This document shows, in pieces, positions 46,231 to 60,075 of a stretch of DNA of 64,000 nucleotides. The notes beneath the pieces were generated by a model, which made no database searches, was not told where the DNA came from, and saw only the letters and a program-made list of their open reading frames with translations. The stretch's first letter is position 1; every line of letters begins with the position of its first letter. Source of the DNA: Prorocentrum cordatum (lineage: Eukaryota); NCBI GenBank assembly GCA_963575745.1, contig CAUYUJ010000137.1:558001-622000 (forward strand). Direction: 5' to 3'. The translations under genes were made by a program, and so were the position numbers.

Positions 46231-49200
46231 TCTGGCTGTTGCTGGCGCTCTGGCGAGAGTGCCATCCCAGAAACGGGTGTGGCCGGCGCGCAGGCGACAG
46301 CACCATTCCTTCGACAGAACTGTTGCCAGCGCTCAGGCGACAGCGCACCACTCCCGATCAGGGATGTGGCCAGCGCTCAAGCGAGAGCAACATTCCGACA
46401 CAGGAGCATGGCTGGACTTCCAGGTGTAGGCCGCGCTGGCTGTCTTCCTCCTTCTCCTGCTGCTCCTCCTTCTAGTCCTTCTCCCCCTAGCTCTTCCCAA
46501 ACCTCCCCAGTCTTACCCCGTACTCCTCCTCCTCCTCCTCCGCCTCCTCCTCCTCCTCCTCCCCTTCTTTTGCCTCCTTGTCTCCTCTGCCCGCTTCTCC
46601 TGCGCCCTCCCCCCCCTCCCTTCCTCCTCCTTCTCCTTCTACCATTCCTTTGCCTCCTTGTCTCCTCTGCCTGCTTCCCCTCCTTCTCCTCCTCCTCCCC
46701 CTCCTGCTCCTCCTGCTCCTCCTCCTCCTCCTCCTCCTCCTCCTCCTTCTCCTCGAAAGAGCGTGGACTCGGCTTGGGAACTGCGCGTGGCAGCCAAACT
46801 CTGAAAGTATGGGGGGGGGAGGGGGAAGGAACGGCGGGACGGAAGGGGAGAGACGGAAGGAGTGGAGGACACGGAGGGGAGAGAGGAGCTTTTTTCCTTC
46901 CAGTCGCGCGGGCGCGGGTCAAATTACTCGCGTCCAAAACCGCCCGTCGACGCGACAAACGCCAGCCAATTCGGCCGTGATGCGCAGAAGAGTGCATTAG
47001 AATATTGCTTGCGCAGAGCAGGTACGGAGGTAGAGGTATGGATGTATGGAGGAATGGTGGTATGGATAAGAAGAGAGTAAGGAGGAGTGGAAGCATAAAA
47101 CTCTGAACGCATGTAGGTGCATGCAGCTATGGGCGCGCGCGGGCATGGATGAAGGGCCGCATGGATGCGTGGAGTCTGAGAGTGTGGGACTATGGATATG
47201 TGGATGTATGGTGTTACATGGTCAAGGACATCTGGAGGCATGGAACTATATATACACACAGATATAAACATATCTGATGTAACCATATTATAACCATCGC
47301 GCGCTTCGCGAGCGCTCAAGTTCTAGCTAGGCCCGACAGGCTAACGCATGGAATATCACTTGTTGAATCGCCTTGTGCATCTAACGACCTTGTTGGAGTC
47401 CCTGCGCAAGCCTCGGAAGCGTATAGAAGGGGAAATGCGGAAACCACATAATCATCAATTTCCTTTAGGTGTTCGATGATTTGGGACCCTCGAAGGCTTC
47501 CTGGGATATTTGTTCGATGGTGACGGGGGCCTTAATGATGGTCTGATGTGCAACAATAAACGGGGGGTCAATTTAAATTGGCCTGGCGAAGGACCCAACC
47601 AGATGCAGTTGTGAGCACCGCTGTTGTAGCCATCGTCTTCGGTGGAGCCCCCTTGTAGGGCCACGAAGCGTTGTACTGTGTGGGGGAGACGCATGCGGAC
47701 TACGCCACTGGAACATTTGGTGGAGCCCCCTTGTAGGGCCACGAAGCGCTGTACTGTGTGGGGGAGACGCATGCGGACTGCACAATTGAGACCTTCGGTG
47801 GAGCTCCCTATGGGGCCACGAAGCGCTGCACTGGTGGGGGAGACGCATGCGGGCTGCGCCTCTGGGACCTTCGTCGGAACTCCCTGTGGGGCCACGACGC
47901 GCTGTACTCGGTGGGTGAGACGCATGCGGGCTGCGCAATTGAGACCTTCGGTGGAGCTCTCTATGGGGCCGCGAAGCGCTGTACTGGGTGTGGCGGACGC
48001 ATGCGGGCACCCCCACTGGGGCATTTGGTGGAGGTCCATAAAACCCTCTCGGGCCGTCCTGTGCGCCTCCGGCGCCGTCTTGGGGCCCTCTTGGGCCGTT
48101 TTGGGGCCGTTTTCAAAGCCTCTGGGGCTGTCTTGCAACGGAAAATATGACCTCTGGGGCCGTTGTGGAGCGTCGGAAAATTTAAAAGGCGAGAACATGG
48201 AAATCCTTCAAAAACCTTTGGATAAGCAACAAGTTGTGCCTCCCGGGGCTCATTTGGAGGCATCTTGGAAGTTTCTGGGGGCGTCTTGGAGGCCTCTTGG
48301 ATAGTCAAGGGCTAATTCTGGCCGCCTTGGCCGTCTTGGCCGCCATTGGTCGTTCCCGCGGTCTGGAAGCGCCATGTTTGGCGATCCGCAGGCCGTATCC
48401 GGGCGATCTTACGGCGCCCCCGGCGCCCCAGCAGAACCCCCGGAACACCCCAGTCCCCCAATGGGGACACAGGTCACGGACGGAAAACCGTAGGTTTTCG
48501 CTCGAAGAGGTTCCCAGGAGGGCTCTAGGGTCAAGCAAAAGGCACCAAGAGGCCCCCAGGAGGCCCAGAAGACGCTCCAAGACAAATTCAAAGAAACGTC
48601 CCAAAAATGTCTAAACGCACTGCAAACTCGCTCTGCGGATGAAGCCGGGAGGCGCGGTACCGGCCAGATGTCAGGGGATATGTAGGACCCCCGAGTAGGA
48701 GTTCCACTTTGATGAAACACAATTTTTGTAATTCCCTCTCCTTTTTCCCAAATCCTCGATCTTTGAGGGCTGGAAGCGGGAAAACGTGAGAAGGCGAAAA
48801 ACATAGGAAAAACCATTGGAAATCAACGATGTTACCCTCTCTGGGCTCTCTCGGGACGGCTCTCGCAGCTCTCTTGGGTTGTTCTTGGAGCCTCGTCGGG
48901 GTCTGTTTGGGGCCTCTCAAGGATCGGGGGTGTGCTGGGGGCCTCTGGGGGGTCCCGGAGGCCTCGGAGGTCTCTGGAAGCCTCCTGCTCCCGCTCTTGG
49001 GCCCATCTTGGGCCTGTTCTGGGGTGGTCTGGGGCTGTGCTGGGCGCCTCTTCGGGAGTGTTGGAGCCTTCTTGGCCCGTCTTGGGGCCGTCCTGAAGGT
49101 ATCTTGGGTGGTCTTGGGGCGGTCTTGGGAAGCTCTTCGACGCTCTTGGACCGTTGAAGCTCGAAAACGCGAGAAGTCAAAAACATTGAAAAGACAATTG

Positions 49201-51789
49201 AACATATACGACTTTGGCCTCTTCGGGCCGTACCGTGATACCTATCAGACTTCTTGGGGTCTCTTGGAGGCCACCTGGGAGCCTCGAGAGACGTCGGAAG
49301 GCTGACTTGGGCTGCTCGGGAGCGTCTTGGGCCATCCTTTCGCATTCTGGGGGCTCCTGGGGGGTGTCTTGGGCCCTCCTGGAGCGCTGTGGAGGCTGCC
49401 CGGAAAGGCTGGGGGAGCGGTGTCGGGAGCGTCCCCGAGATGTGGCCATATCTTTTCAGCGCGTTCCGGGAGCATCTTCCCGGAACGCGCTCGTGGCAGG
49501 GCACCCACGTCCGAGGACGTTGGCATGGGAAACCGCAGCGCGTGATCATTCCAGCGCGTTCCGGCGAAGACCGTCCGGAACGCGCTTGGGCAAGCGCTGG
49601 GTTTGGGGAACCGTTCAGGCAGTTTGGGATGATCGGGGCAAGAGGCGGAAGCCATCCTCATAAGACATGCAGTCTGCCTGGAGCCGTCTTGCAGAAAACA
49701 CAAGAAAAATGAGACCCTGCAGTCGTTCCTGGAGCCGTCTTGGAGCCCTCTTGGGCTGCCCTGGAGCCTATTGGAGCCCTCTGCGGAATGGTCTTGGAGC
49801 CCGCGCCGAGGATCTGGAAAATGTCCGGGACCATCGCGGCGGCCTCCGAGGCCCGGGACGCCGAAACCCAATAAAAACATAGGGGAAATGAGCCCCGGTA
49901 CTCCCATGGAGTGTCGGGCAGCTGTTTTCGGGCCCCTGGGCTAGAAACATCGCGCGCGCTTCGCGCGCGCTCAGGTTCTAGCCCAGGCCGGGGGGGCGCT
50001 GGACGATCTTGGACAACGCTATCAAGCACAGGCGCGCGACGGCATCTGAGGAGCTTCTGGGGTGTTCCGCATGCTTCGTCAACTGGCTGTTGGAGGCACC
50101 TCTTGGGTGCTTCTTGGGGGGGCGTCTGAGGGTCCCTTGGGGGCATCGGTTCTGCAATCTGAAGCCGTCAGTGGCCGTCTTGGCTGCGTGGAGGCCCGAC
50201 TTGAGGCCACCTGCGGCCAGATTGAGACAATCCGGAAGCCTCCCGGGGGCCTGCTGGAAGCAGTTTCGGCGCATCGAGGGCTCTCTTGGGCTATTTTAAA
50301 ACCTCTTGGACGTCTCCTAGGGGCCTTTTAGGCCCTCGGGAAGCTTTTGGGGTCCTCGTCGGACCACTTGGGGGCCTCTTGCGGCCTCCTGTGGGCCTTT
50401 TGGGGGGAACGCTCTGCTGTTGGGTCGCGTTCCCCTTCTTGGGCCTCTCTTGGGGCTCTTGGGGCCCTCTCGGGCCGTCTTGGGCGCCTCAAGCACCGTC
50501 TTGGGGCCCTCGCGGGCAGTCTTGGGGGTCTCTTGGAGACCTCTTCCTCTATGTTGGAGCGGTATTGGAAGCCTCTTGGGCCGTCTTGGAGCATCGGGAT
50601 GCCAAAAGGCAGAAAAAAAAACATGAAAACCCGTCAAAGCCCAATCTTAACACGATGAGTTGTGCCTCTTGGGGCCATCTTGGGAGATTTCTTGGAACCT
50701 CGTCGGCCCTCTTAGGAATTTCTTGGGGGCCTCTTGGATCCGATTGGGGGCCTCTTGGGACTTCCCGAGAACCTCACGGGGTAGAAAGCTCGGATTCTCG
50801 GTTCGTGTTTCCCTTCTTGGGCCTCTCTTGGAGCCGTCTTGGGGCCCTCTCGGGTCGTCTTGGGCGCCTCAGGCACCGCCTTGGGGCCCTCGTGGGCCGC
50901 CCAGGGCCCTCTTGGAAGCCTCTTCGGCTATCTTGGAGCTGTCTTGGAGGCCTCTTCCTTCTCCTCGTCCCCCTCCTCCTCCTCCCACTCCAGCTCTCTC
51001 TCCTCCTGATCTTCCTCCTCCTCCTGCAGCGTGTTCTGGAAGGCTCTCGCCGGAACATGCTGTGCACAAGTGCTGTCACTGCCCCCGCCACCGTGCCCTG
51101 GGTGGTGGGTCAGAGGCCTCATGGGTGTTAGTTTGGATCTCGTGGTTGGCCTGTCGGGGACGTCGTGAAGGCAGTTTCGCAGCTTCTCGGTAGCCGTTTT
51201 GGGACCGTTGTGGGGCCTCCTCGGGGCTGTTTTGTGGCCTCTTCAGGCCTCGTTCGGGCCTCCTGGGTGCCTCTTGGAGGCCTCCTGGGGCCTCTTGGGG
51301 GCTCCTTGGGTCCTCCTGGGGCACTCTTCAAGCGGGAGGGTCGAATTTTGGAGTCGTGGTCCCCCTCTTGGGCGCATCTTGGGGTCGTCTTGGGGCTCTG
51401 TGGGGCTGTCTTGGGCGACTCTGGGGCCGTCCTGGGGCCCTCTTGGACCGTCTTGGGGCGCTCTTGGGGGCCTATTGAGCCGTCGTGGAACGTCGGACAG
51501 CCGAAAAAGCTGGAAGGTCAAAATCGTTCGAAAACCTTCGTAAAATTGACGATCTCGGCCTCTTGAAGCGCTCTGGAGAGGCGTCTTGAAGCGTCGTGGA
51601 GTGCCTTGGGGGGCCTCTCGGGCCGTCTTGGGCCTTTCTTGGGCGTCCTGGAGCGGTCTTTCGGCGACTCGGGGCCCGCTTGGGCCGTCTTGGGAGCCTT
51701 TGGAGGCCCTCCTGGATTTTTTTGGACCTCCCCGGCCGCCCCGTCCTCCCATGGGGGGTCGGAGGCGGCGGCCTCCGAGGCTCAGGACG

Positions 51790-53395
51790 CCCGAAAATTG
51801 ACAAAAACCGCCGTCGTGATTTTTCCAAGACGTCGGAGGTCCAGGTCGTGCTTCCCGCCTCCCCAGACCTCCGACGTCGTAATTTTTGCGACCTCGGGCC
51901 CAGGAATCGATTGGGAAAACGCACATGGGAAGGCAAGAAATGATGGACCCATCATTTCGTACCTGTGCCTTGATCAGTGGGACGGGCTTCGCACCGCCGC
52001 ACATCACAAGACACGCTCGAGTGGATCCAGCCATGGCGACGTCGGGGACTGCAGAAGGTCGCAAGGACACGGAATCTGAAAGGAAGAGAGAGAAAGATAG
52101 AGAGAAAGAGAGGCAGAGAGAGACAGACAGACAGAGAGCGAAGGAAAGAGAGAGAGAGAGAGAGATGGAGAGAGAGAGAGAGAGAGAAAAAAAAAAAGAC
52201 AGAGAGAGAGAGAGAGGCAGAGAGAGGCAATGGAGAGGAGGCGAGCTTGAGTCAACGAAAGTCGCAGGGAAGGGGGCAGGGGGAAGAAGGCCAGAGAGCG
52301 CTGAAAGATACAAATACTGGAACCCTCTTGGGATTTTTTGGGGGGCCTCGTCCGGCCGCTCGCTGGGAGTTTGACGTAGCTTCTCGGGAGCCTCTGAACC
52401 TGTCGGGGGCCTCTTGGAAACAGGTTCGAAGCATTTTGGGGGCCGACATTCCCCCCGCCAGGGCTAATGTACATCGTTTCTGGATGCTTCTGGCCGGAAT
52501 ACGAAAGGAGTTTCTGTAGTTAGAGTCTCTGGGGGAAGTCGCGGGGAAGCTTTTGTTGTCTTTGGTGTTGCGTCGCCAGGAGGTCTGGGCTCCCTCCTCC
52601 TCGTGTTCCTACCTCCTCTCTGGACGTCCGATGTCGTGATGCTTTCTGTGCGCGGCCCCTGGACCTCTCGACGACTTCCTGGGGATGTTTTTTTTTTTCA
52701 TCCTGAGTCGTTTTCTGACGGTCCCGGGACCCTGCGAGGGGCCCCGGAGGCCGAAAATTGACCGAAACCGCCGTCGTGATTTTTCCAAGACGTCGGAGGT
52801 CCAGGTCGTGCTTCCCGCCTCCCCAGACCTCCGACGTCGTAATTTTTGCGACCTCGGGCCCAGGAATCGATTGGGAAAACGCACATGGGAAGGCAAGAAA
52901 TGATGGACCCATCATTTCGTACCTGTGCCTTGATCAGTGGGACGGGCTTCGCACCGCCGCACATCACAAGACACGCTCGAGCGGATCCAGCCGTGGCGAC
53001 GTCGGGGACTGCAGAAGGTCGCAAGGACACGGAATCTGAAAGGAAGAAAGAGAAAGAGAGAGAAAGAGAGGGAGAGAGAGAGAGACAGACAGACAGAGAG
53101 CGAAGGAGAGAGAGAGAGAGAGATGGAGAGAGAGAGAGAGAAGAAGACAGAGAGAGAGAGAGGCAGAGAGAGGAAATGGAGAGGAGGCGAGCTTGAGTCA
53201 ACGAAAGTCGCAGGGAAGGGGGCAGGGGGAAGAAGGCCAGAGAGCGCTGAAGGATACAAATACTGGAACCCTCTTGGGATTTTTTGGGGGGCCTCGTCCG
53301 GCCGCTCGCTGGGAGTTTGACGTAGCTTCTTGGGAGCCTCTGAACCTGTCGGGGGCCTCCTGGAAGCAGGTTCGAAGCATTGTGGGGGCCGATTT
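51790..53395. repeat. Direct duplication, 960-bp offset (51790-52440 vs 52750-53395), each with 13-bp inverted repeat and (GA)n
   Basis: GACGTCGGAGGTC...GACCTCCGACGTC at 51829-51878 and 52789-52838. Confidence 0.9.
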
Positions 53396-54894
53396 GGGGC
53401 TTCTCGGGGCCTCCTTTGGGCCTCTTGGGGGTCTCCTGGGGCCTCTTGAGGGGCCTCCTGGGGGCCTCCTGGCGGCCTCTTGGGGCGGAAGGCTCGAGCT
53501 TGCGGTTCGTGGTCCCCCTCTGGGCCCCCTCTTGGGCCCGTCTTGGGGCCCTCTTGGGCCATCTTGGGCGCCTCTTGGGCCGTCTTGGGGCCCTCTTGGG
53601 CTGTCCTGGGGCCCTCTGGGAAGCTTCTTGGGCCGTCTTGGGGCGGTCTTGGGCGCCTCTTGGGCCGTCCTGTAACGTCGGAAAGCCCAAAAGACAACTT
53701 TGTTGAAAATGTACGTTTTACGAAGGGAATGGGCCAATTTTTGCGTCTAGGGGCCCTCTTGGGACGCATGTTGGAGGCTTCTTGGGGCCTCTTGGGGGCG
53801 TCCTTGGACGTCTGGAGGCCATCTTCAGCATCTCGGAGCCCTCTTGGAGGCCTCTTGGAAGTTTCTTGGGCCGTCTTGGGCGCTTCTTGGGCCGTCTTGT
53901 CTGACTGGGGAGGCCTCCGGCAAGCCCCGACGAGCCTCCGGCCCCCCCGGGGTGCACATTTGCGGTCGGGGTCCCGGCCCCGGGCCCCCGGACCCGGTGC
54001 GCCGATATATGTATATTCTTCGAAAGCTCAGGAGGAAAAGGAAGAGGAGGAGGAGGAGGAAGAGGAGGAGGAGAAGGAGAGGAAGGAGAGAAAGAGGAGG
54101 AGGAGGAGGAGGAGGAGGAGGAGGAGGAGGGAGGAGGGGCAGGAGGAGGAAGAGGACGAGAAGGAGGAGGAAGAACAGGAGGAGGAGGAGGAGAAGGAGG
54201 AGGAGAAGGCAAGTTTGGAAGGATGTCTCGAGCGAAACGCTCTGTGTTTTAACAACGCTGATGAAAGTCAATGATTTGTTCAATGATTTCGCCTTCGAGG
54301 ACCTGTCCGAATTCAATGTTTGGAGGATGTCGCGAGCGAAACGCTCATGTTTTGACCAAACTGTCCAAAACCCATGGGTTAAAAACATCGTATATTGGGA
54401 CATCTTGGAGGTCATCCGAGATCGCTCCGAAAAGATACCTTACAAGAGCTCTTGGCGCATCCCACTGTTTCGAGGATGTCTCAGGCGACACCCACTTTCG
54501 AGGATCCGAAAATTAGGCGAGCAACTTCAAGATCTCCATTCTTGGAGGATGTCTCAGGCGAAATCGTCATGTTTGACATTAAACGTCTTAGGCGAGAACC
54601 CCCCGATATCCCCGATGTGTGAGGATGTCTCAGGCGAAACGCTGTTTTTTTCAAACCGTTCCTGACATGAACGGGAAGCGCGTAAAAGAAAAGCTGTGCA
54701 AGAACGTGCAACATCATCACGATGAACCGTAATGTGGGCGAGCTCCCCGAACGTCCACAGGGGATACCCATGGACGCGCGCTCCCTCGACGTTGACGACC
54801 CTGTTCCTGAGTATCCGAGGAGCGTCTTCTCTACGGCGTGGCGTTTTTAACCGGCGTCGCTCTTTGAACCGAACCGTTAACATACGACGACGGC

Positions 54895-54932
<38 letters not shown>

Positions 54933-55570
54933 TGATGGAGACAGATATACCACAGGTCGGCTGAGGTTCAATTAAGAGACTGGAGCCACCTTTGCCAAAT
55001 CTCCTGGGGGGTCCTCGGAATCCAGCGCGGCCCCCCGCGGCTTCTCGCGTGACTTTGGGGAAGGTTATTTTTCGTCACCCCTCGCGAGCATCGTGGCCTC
55101 CGCAGGGGTGCCCGAACTCTGGGGAGCCTAATTTTTCGACACCCATCGCGAGGATCGTGGCCTCTGGCGTTCTCCGCCACTTCTCCCATGATTTTTGCGA
55201 GGGCAATTGTTCGACACCACATCGCGAGAATCGTGGCCTCCGAGGAGGGAGCTGCAATCGACTACTCCCCCCCTCCCCAAAAGGCCCCCAAGAGCCCGCC
55301 AAGAGGCCCCAGGGGCCCCCAAGACGCCGCCAAGGAGCCCCAAGAGGCCCCAAAGTGGCCCCCAAGAGGCCCCCAAGAGGCCCCAAGAGGCTCCAAAACT
55401 GCCCCCAAAAAGGCCTCCAGAGGCCTCGAACCTGCCTCCCAGAGGCCCTAAAGAGGCCAACCACCCAAGCACTAACTCCCAACCGACATCCAGGACCCAG
55501 GCCGCCTCTGACCCACCAGCCAGGCACGGTGACAGGAGATGCCGAGGGCAACTAATAGATACAAACGCCT

Positions 55571-57052
55571 TCACGGGATTGCACAGAGCGATGCAGCAAT
55601 GCCAACGGTGCTGCACAAACCACGTGCCTCGTGCTTTAAGTCCGCCAATCGGTTTCCACAAACAATCCGCTTTCCAGTCATTCTGAAGATGAAATCCAGC
55701 TGCCTTTCAAACAAGGCCAAACCATGAGCAAAGAGCTGTACGTCAATGTGGACCAGTCTCGACGTAAGTTTGAGCTGGTCCGAGGTCAACTGGTCGACCG
55801 AATGGTCGGGGGATCTGTACGCTATGTGTTGGAGCTGTGCACCCTTTTCAACGCTGTTTACGCACTCGCAATCGGGCGGAAGAGCGCCGGACACGTAAAA
55901 CTGGTAGCCGCATATCGTTTCAGGATATAAATCCACAATCCCAACATAAGTCAAGTTCTGGAGCCCGAATTTTGCAGCCTGCGCATCAGGTTCCGCCAGC
56001 CTTGTTACAACATGGTGTGAATGCGTTGTCGCCAAGTATCGCGCCTGCATGTTCCAAGGGTTGTAACATCCATAATCAAACATAGGTTTAGCTTTGTCGT
56101 GCAAATCAGCCTCGGTAAATGTCTTCAGCCACTCGCTCAGACCAACCAATGGATGCTCCAAATCATCGTAACCAGGGAAACCATGTTGTTTCGCGATTGC
56201 AAAGTCCTTGAATTTTGTATATCTGCAATGCAAGAACTGGGACAACACGTGCTTCAAAGGATTCCGTAACAACGTCACACTGCACGCGCTCCGCTTGAGT
56301 GCCCACCGTCTGGTCTCTTGGACCCACAGCGCAAGTTCGGCGTTGCCCTTGAACAGGAGGTCCTTCGGCAGGATTTTTTTCTGGTCATTAATGAAGGAGC
56401 TGCCGCCACTCTTCGGTATGTGGACCAGGTAAACGTACTTGAAGCGCCTCTGCTGCGCCACGGGGTCTCCAGACGCCGCCGCCAACGCGCCGCTGTCGGC
56501 TGCCTCACCGCTCCGCGGACCGCCGCCTAGCTGCCCCTCTGGTGCGCGGCCGCCGCCGTCCGAGCCGTTTCTGGGCACGGCGGCCAGCTCCTCTGGTCCC
56601 GAAGTACTGGTCTCGTGCGGCCCCAGAGGCGCGCGGCTGCCGCTGTCCGAGCCGCCTGCGGGCACGGCGGCCGCCTCCTCTGGTCCCGAAGCACTGGTCT
56701 CGTGCGGCCTCTCTGGCGCGCGGCTGCCGCCGTCCGAGCCGCCTGTGGGCACGGCGGCCGCGCGGAGAGCAGCAACGCGACGGCCTCCAACTGGCCAGGG
56801 GCTGCCCCACCCGAGCGCCCCGAGGGCCACGAGCACGGCAGAGGGCAAGAGGACCAGGCGGCACGCGGAGGCGCACGCCGCGGAGGGCACCGGCGCGCCT
56901 CCACGACGAGGCCGGGGCAGCAGCCTCGGCGGGGGGGCGGGCGTGCACCCTCCGCCGCCGGCGCCCGGCCACGAGTTTGCTGCGGGGCCGCCCAGCCCTG
57001 CGATCGAGGCCTCCGTCGCCGGTGCGGCGCGCGAGCCCTCGCTGCCGGCCAT
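55571..57052 (-). CDS. Type II membrane (Golgi-type) sulfotransferase, Sulfotransfer_2-like, intronless
   Basis: TM LVLLPSAVLVALGALGWG, 26-aa stem repeats, 5'-PSB motif VHIPKSGGSSF, 3'-PB motif LLRNPLKHVLSQF, C-terminal YVGIVD and DVQLF. Uninterrupted 493-aa ORF. Confidence 0.85.
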   Translation of the reverse strand: MAGSEGSRAAPATEASIAGLGGPAANSWPGAGGGGCTPAPPPRLLPRPRRGGAPVPSAACASACRLVLLPSAVLVALGALGWGSPWPVGGRRVAALRAAAVPTGGSDGGSRAPERPHETSASGPEEAAAVPAGGSDSGSRAPLGPHETSTSGPEELAAVPRNGSDGGGRAPEGQLGGGPRSGEAADSGALAAASGDPVAQQRRFKYVYLVHIPKSGGSSFINDQKKILPKDLLFKGNAELALWVQETRRWALKRSACSVTLLRNPLKHVLSQFLHCRYTKFKDFAIAKQHGFPGYDDLEHPLVGLSEWLKTFTEADLHDKAKPMFDYGCYNPWNMQARYLATTHSHHVVTRLAEPDAQAAKFGLQNLTYVGIVDLYPETICGYQFYVSGALPPDCECVNSVEKGAQLQHIAYRSPDHSVDQLTSDQLKLTSRLVHIDVQLFAHGLALFERQLDFIFRMTGKRIVCGNRLADLKHEARGLCSTVGIAASLCAIP

Positions 57053-57339
57053 GGGCGCGTTTCTCGAGACTGTTTTTGTTGGATTCCTGGTATCGGCTGT
57101 TACCGGGGGGGGGACGCGGGGGACGCGCGAGGGGTTCGAGCCTCCAGGATGGCCCTGGATGGATCCAAGGAGGGCCCAGATGCTGCAAGATACCCCTCAG
57201 GATGGCGCAATATGCTTCAAGATGCTCCGACATACCTCCAAGATGCCCCGAGACAGCCCCAGCACGGTTCCAATTTCCCTTCGATCCTTCCAAGGCAACT
57301 CCCCAAGACTTCCTCCCCACGCGTCCCCATGGCATCCGA

Positions 57340-60075
57340 ACTCCCTGAATCGAGCCTCATATGGGGATCTTTACGGCCCGCTATGTAAACCACCCACAAT
57401 CCTATGCAAAAAACAAAATAAACTGATCATGCGTGCTCCCAGGCGCACCCCTGGATCGAGCCTGCTATGGGGATCTTTACGACCCGCGATGTAAACCACC
57501 CGCAATCCTATGCAAAAAAAACTATTTCCTGATCATGCGTGTTCCCTGGCGCACCCCTGGATCGAGCCTGCTATGGGGATTTTTACGACCCGCTGTGTAA
57601 ACCACCCACAATCCTATGCAAAAAAATGGTATTTCCTGATCATGCGTCCTCCCAGGCGCACTCCTAGATCGAGCCTGATATGGGGATCTTTACGACCCGC
57701 TATGTACACCACTCGCCCGTCAGGGTCCCGCCCGTTAGGGTCCCGCCCGCCCGTTAGGGTCCCGCCCGCCCGACCCGCCCGTTAGGGTCTCGCCCGTTGG
57801 GGTCCCGCCCGTTAGGGTCCACTTCTGCTTCGCTACGCCCACGTTACAACATCAGGTTCCTCAAATTTTGGTGACCTCGCCTTTTTGCTAAGCGCTTGCT
57901 ATGCTATGCTATGCTATGCTACAACCGCGGTATAACATGAGAGGAGCGATGATCTTTATGTGGGGGTGGAGATGCGGGGGGATTGATAGCCACCGCAGGT
58001 GAGTGCCTATGCAGGTAGGCCTTGCCCTGTTAGACCCTAAACCCGAAATCTCTAATCTCTATTATTAATAAACCCTAAATCCTTCCAAACCAGCCGCTAT
58101 GCAAACCGGGCTTCATCCTATGCCAAAAAATATTATTTCCTGATCATGCGCGCTCTATTTGATCAGAAAACGATGTTTTTTACAATGGATCGTGGTCGGG
58201 TCCATAAACGGGCCCCCATCCATCCTATGCAAAAAATACTATATCCTGACCATGCGAATTTTATTCATCAGAAAACCTTATTTTTTACGACACATTCTGC
58301 CCGACCCGGTTCGCGGGCCCGGTCGCGGGCCGGGAAGTGTACCGGAGCTTTCTCTTGTAAAAAATACGATATCCTTCAAATCCCGCTCTTGCAAGACGTG
58401 TCCATGTTCATATTCCATTGCAAAAAGTACGACAAAGTGCACACGCGCGTCGCGGGCGTGGAAGTGTACCGGAGCTTTCTCTTGTAAAAAACACTATAAC
58501 CTTAACATCATGCTCTTGCAAGATGTGTCCATGTGCATATTCCATTGCTAAAAAAAATGACGAAGTGCACACGCGCGCGGCTGAGCCTTTGTCGCATGCA
58601 TCCAGTGTTCTCCTGTGGCAGTTCTCATCGCGTGCTTCTCAGGGTTACTTTCTTGTGCTGTTGACACGGTTCGGCGGACGCGCTTCGGTTGACACGGTTC
58701 GGTTGGCACGTTTCGGCTGACGCGGTTCTGTCGACACGCTTTGGCTGAGAGTGTTCGTCTGACATGGTTTGGCTGATACTGTTCGGTTCGGTTCGGCTGA
58801 TACGGTTCGGCTGACACGGTTTTGCAGAGTCGGTTATGATGACACGGTGTGGTTGGGACGGAGCGTCTGACACGGCATGGCTGACACGGCGCCAGTGACA
58901 CGGTTGGGCTGAACCAGGTGCGGGTCTGGCTACATCATGCGTGTAGGCAATGCTATGCGATGTCATGCTGTATCTGCTAAGCGCTTGCTCCCAGGCTTGC
59001 TATACTTTGCCATGCTATGCTACAGCCACGCTATGACATGATAGAAGATATGATCTTTATGGGGGGGTGGAGATGCGGGGGGGAATTATGGCCACCGCAG
59101 GTGGGTTCCGTTGAAAGTTGTAATCGTGGTCTTGCCCTGTTAGACCCTAAACCCTAAACCCTAAACCCTAAATCTCTAATCGCTATAATTTTTAATTCCT
59201 AAAGACCTGAATTCCGGTCGATATGTAAGTCGGCCTTTCTCCTATGCAAAAAATGCTATGTCCTGATCGTGCGATCAGAAACCATATTTTAAAAAATGCA
59301 TTGTGCCCGGTCCCGGTCGCGACCCCGCTCTACCCATTGCAAAAAATACTATATCCTGATCGTGCGATCAGAAAACCCCACTTTTACAATACAAAGTGCC
59401 CGGCCCAGGTTGCGCACCCGCATGTAAACCCGGGTTTTATATTCTAAAAAATACTATAAACTTAACATTTTGCTCTTGCAAGATGCGTCCATGCTCATAT
59501 TCCATTGCAAAAAAATACGACAAAGTGCACACGCGCGCGGCGGCCGCGCGATCATGGCGAAATCCTTTGAAACACAATGTGTTTTCAATGTTTTTTTTTT
59601 TCAGAAGCGATATCAGCAAAACATATGAAAACCTATGATTTTATCATACCACAATTGTGCAGGATCGCCTTCCGCGTGCATCCTGAATCATTGAAAAACC
59701 AATGGGTTTTGCAACATTCTTGTAAATCGGGGCGTCACAAACAACTTTTGAGCGCACGGCGAACGGCTTCAACCAAGTCTGCGCGCGACCAGGGGCTCCC
59801 GCTGTCGGTGCTGGGCCCCAGAGCTCGAAAGGGGTCTGATCACATCAGGGAGTGCTATCTTACGGCCACTGCGCTCGACACCTCACAAGCTTCGTGTTGT
59901 AGCACGCGCGCCATCTGTTAGAGCGATGTTGGCACAAGGAGAGGAGAGATGATCTTTATATGGGGGGGGATATGCGGGGGGGATTGATAGCCACCGCAGG
60001 TGAGTGCCCATGCAGGTAGGTATTCCTGGCCTTGCCCTGTTAGACCCTAAACCCTAAACCCTAACCCTAAACCCT
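57340..60075. repeat. Composite repeat block paralogous to 20594-23840, with ~106-bp tandem (57349-57710) and GACACGGTTCGGCT array (58660-58910)
   Basis: ATCGAGCC units at about 57349, 57455, 57561, 57668. Modules at 57931, 59033, 59938. Confidence 0.88.

Noticed and set aside
47340..47640. Possible exons in unique lower-GC islands (also 19740-20070, 35460-35920, 63500-63740)
   Set aside because: No recognisable motif or supportable splice structure by eye.
54220..54640. CRISPR-like repeat-spacer pattern of GAGGATGTCTCAGGCGA
   Set aside because: Short degenerate core, irregular spacing, spacers related to paralogous blocks.
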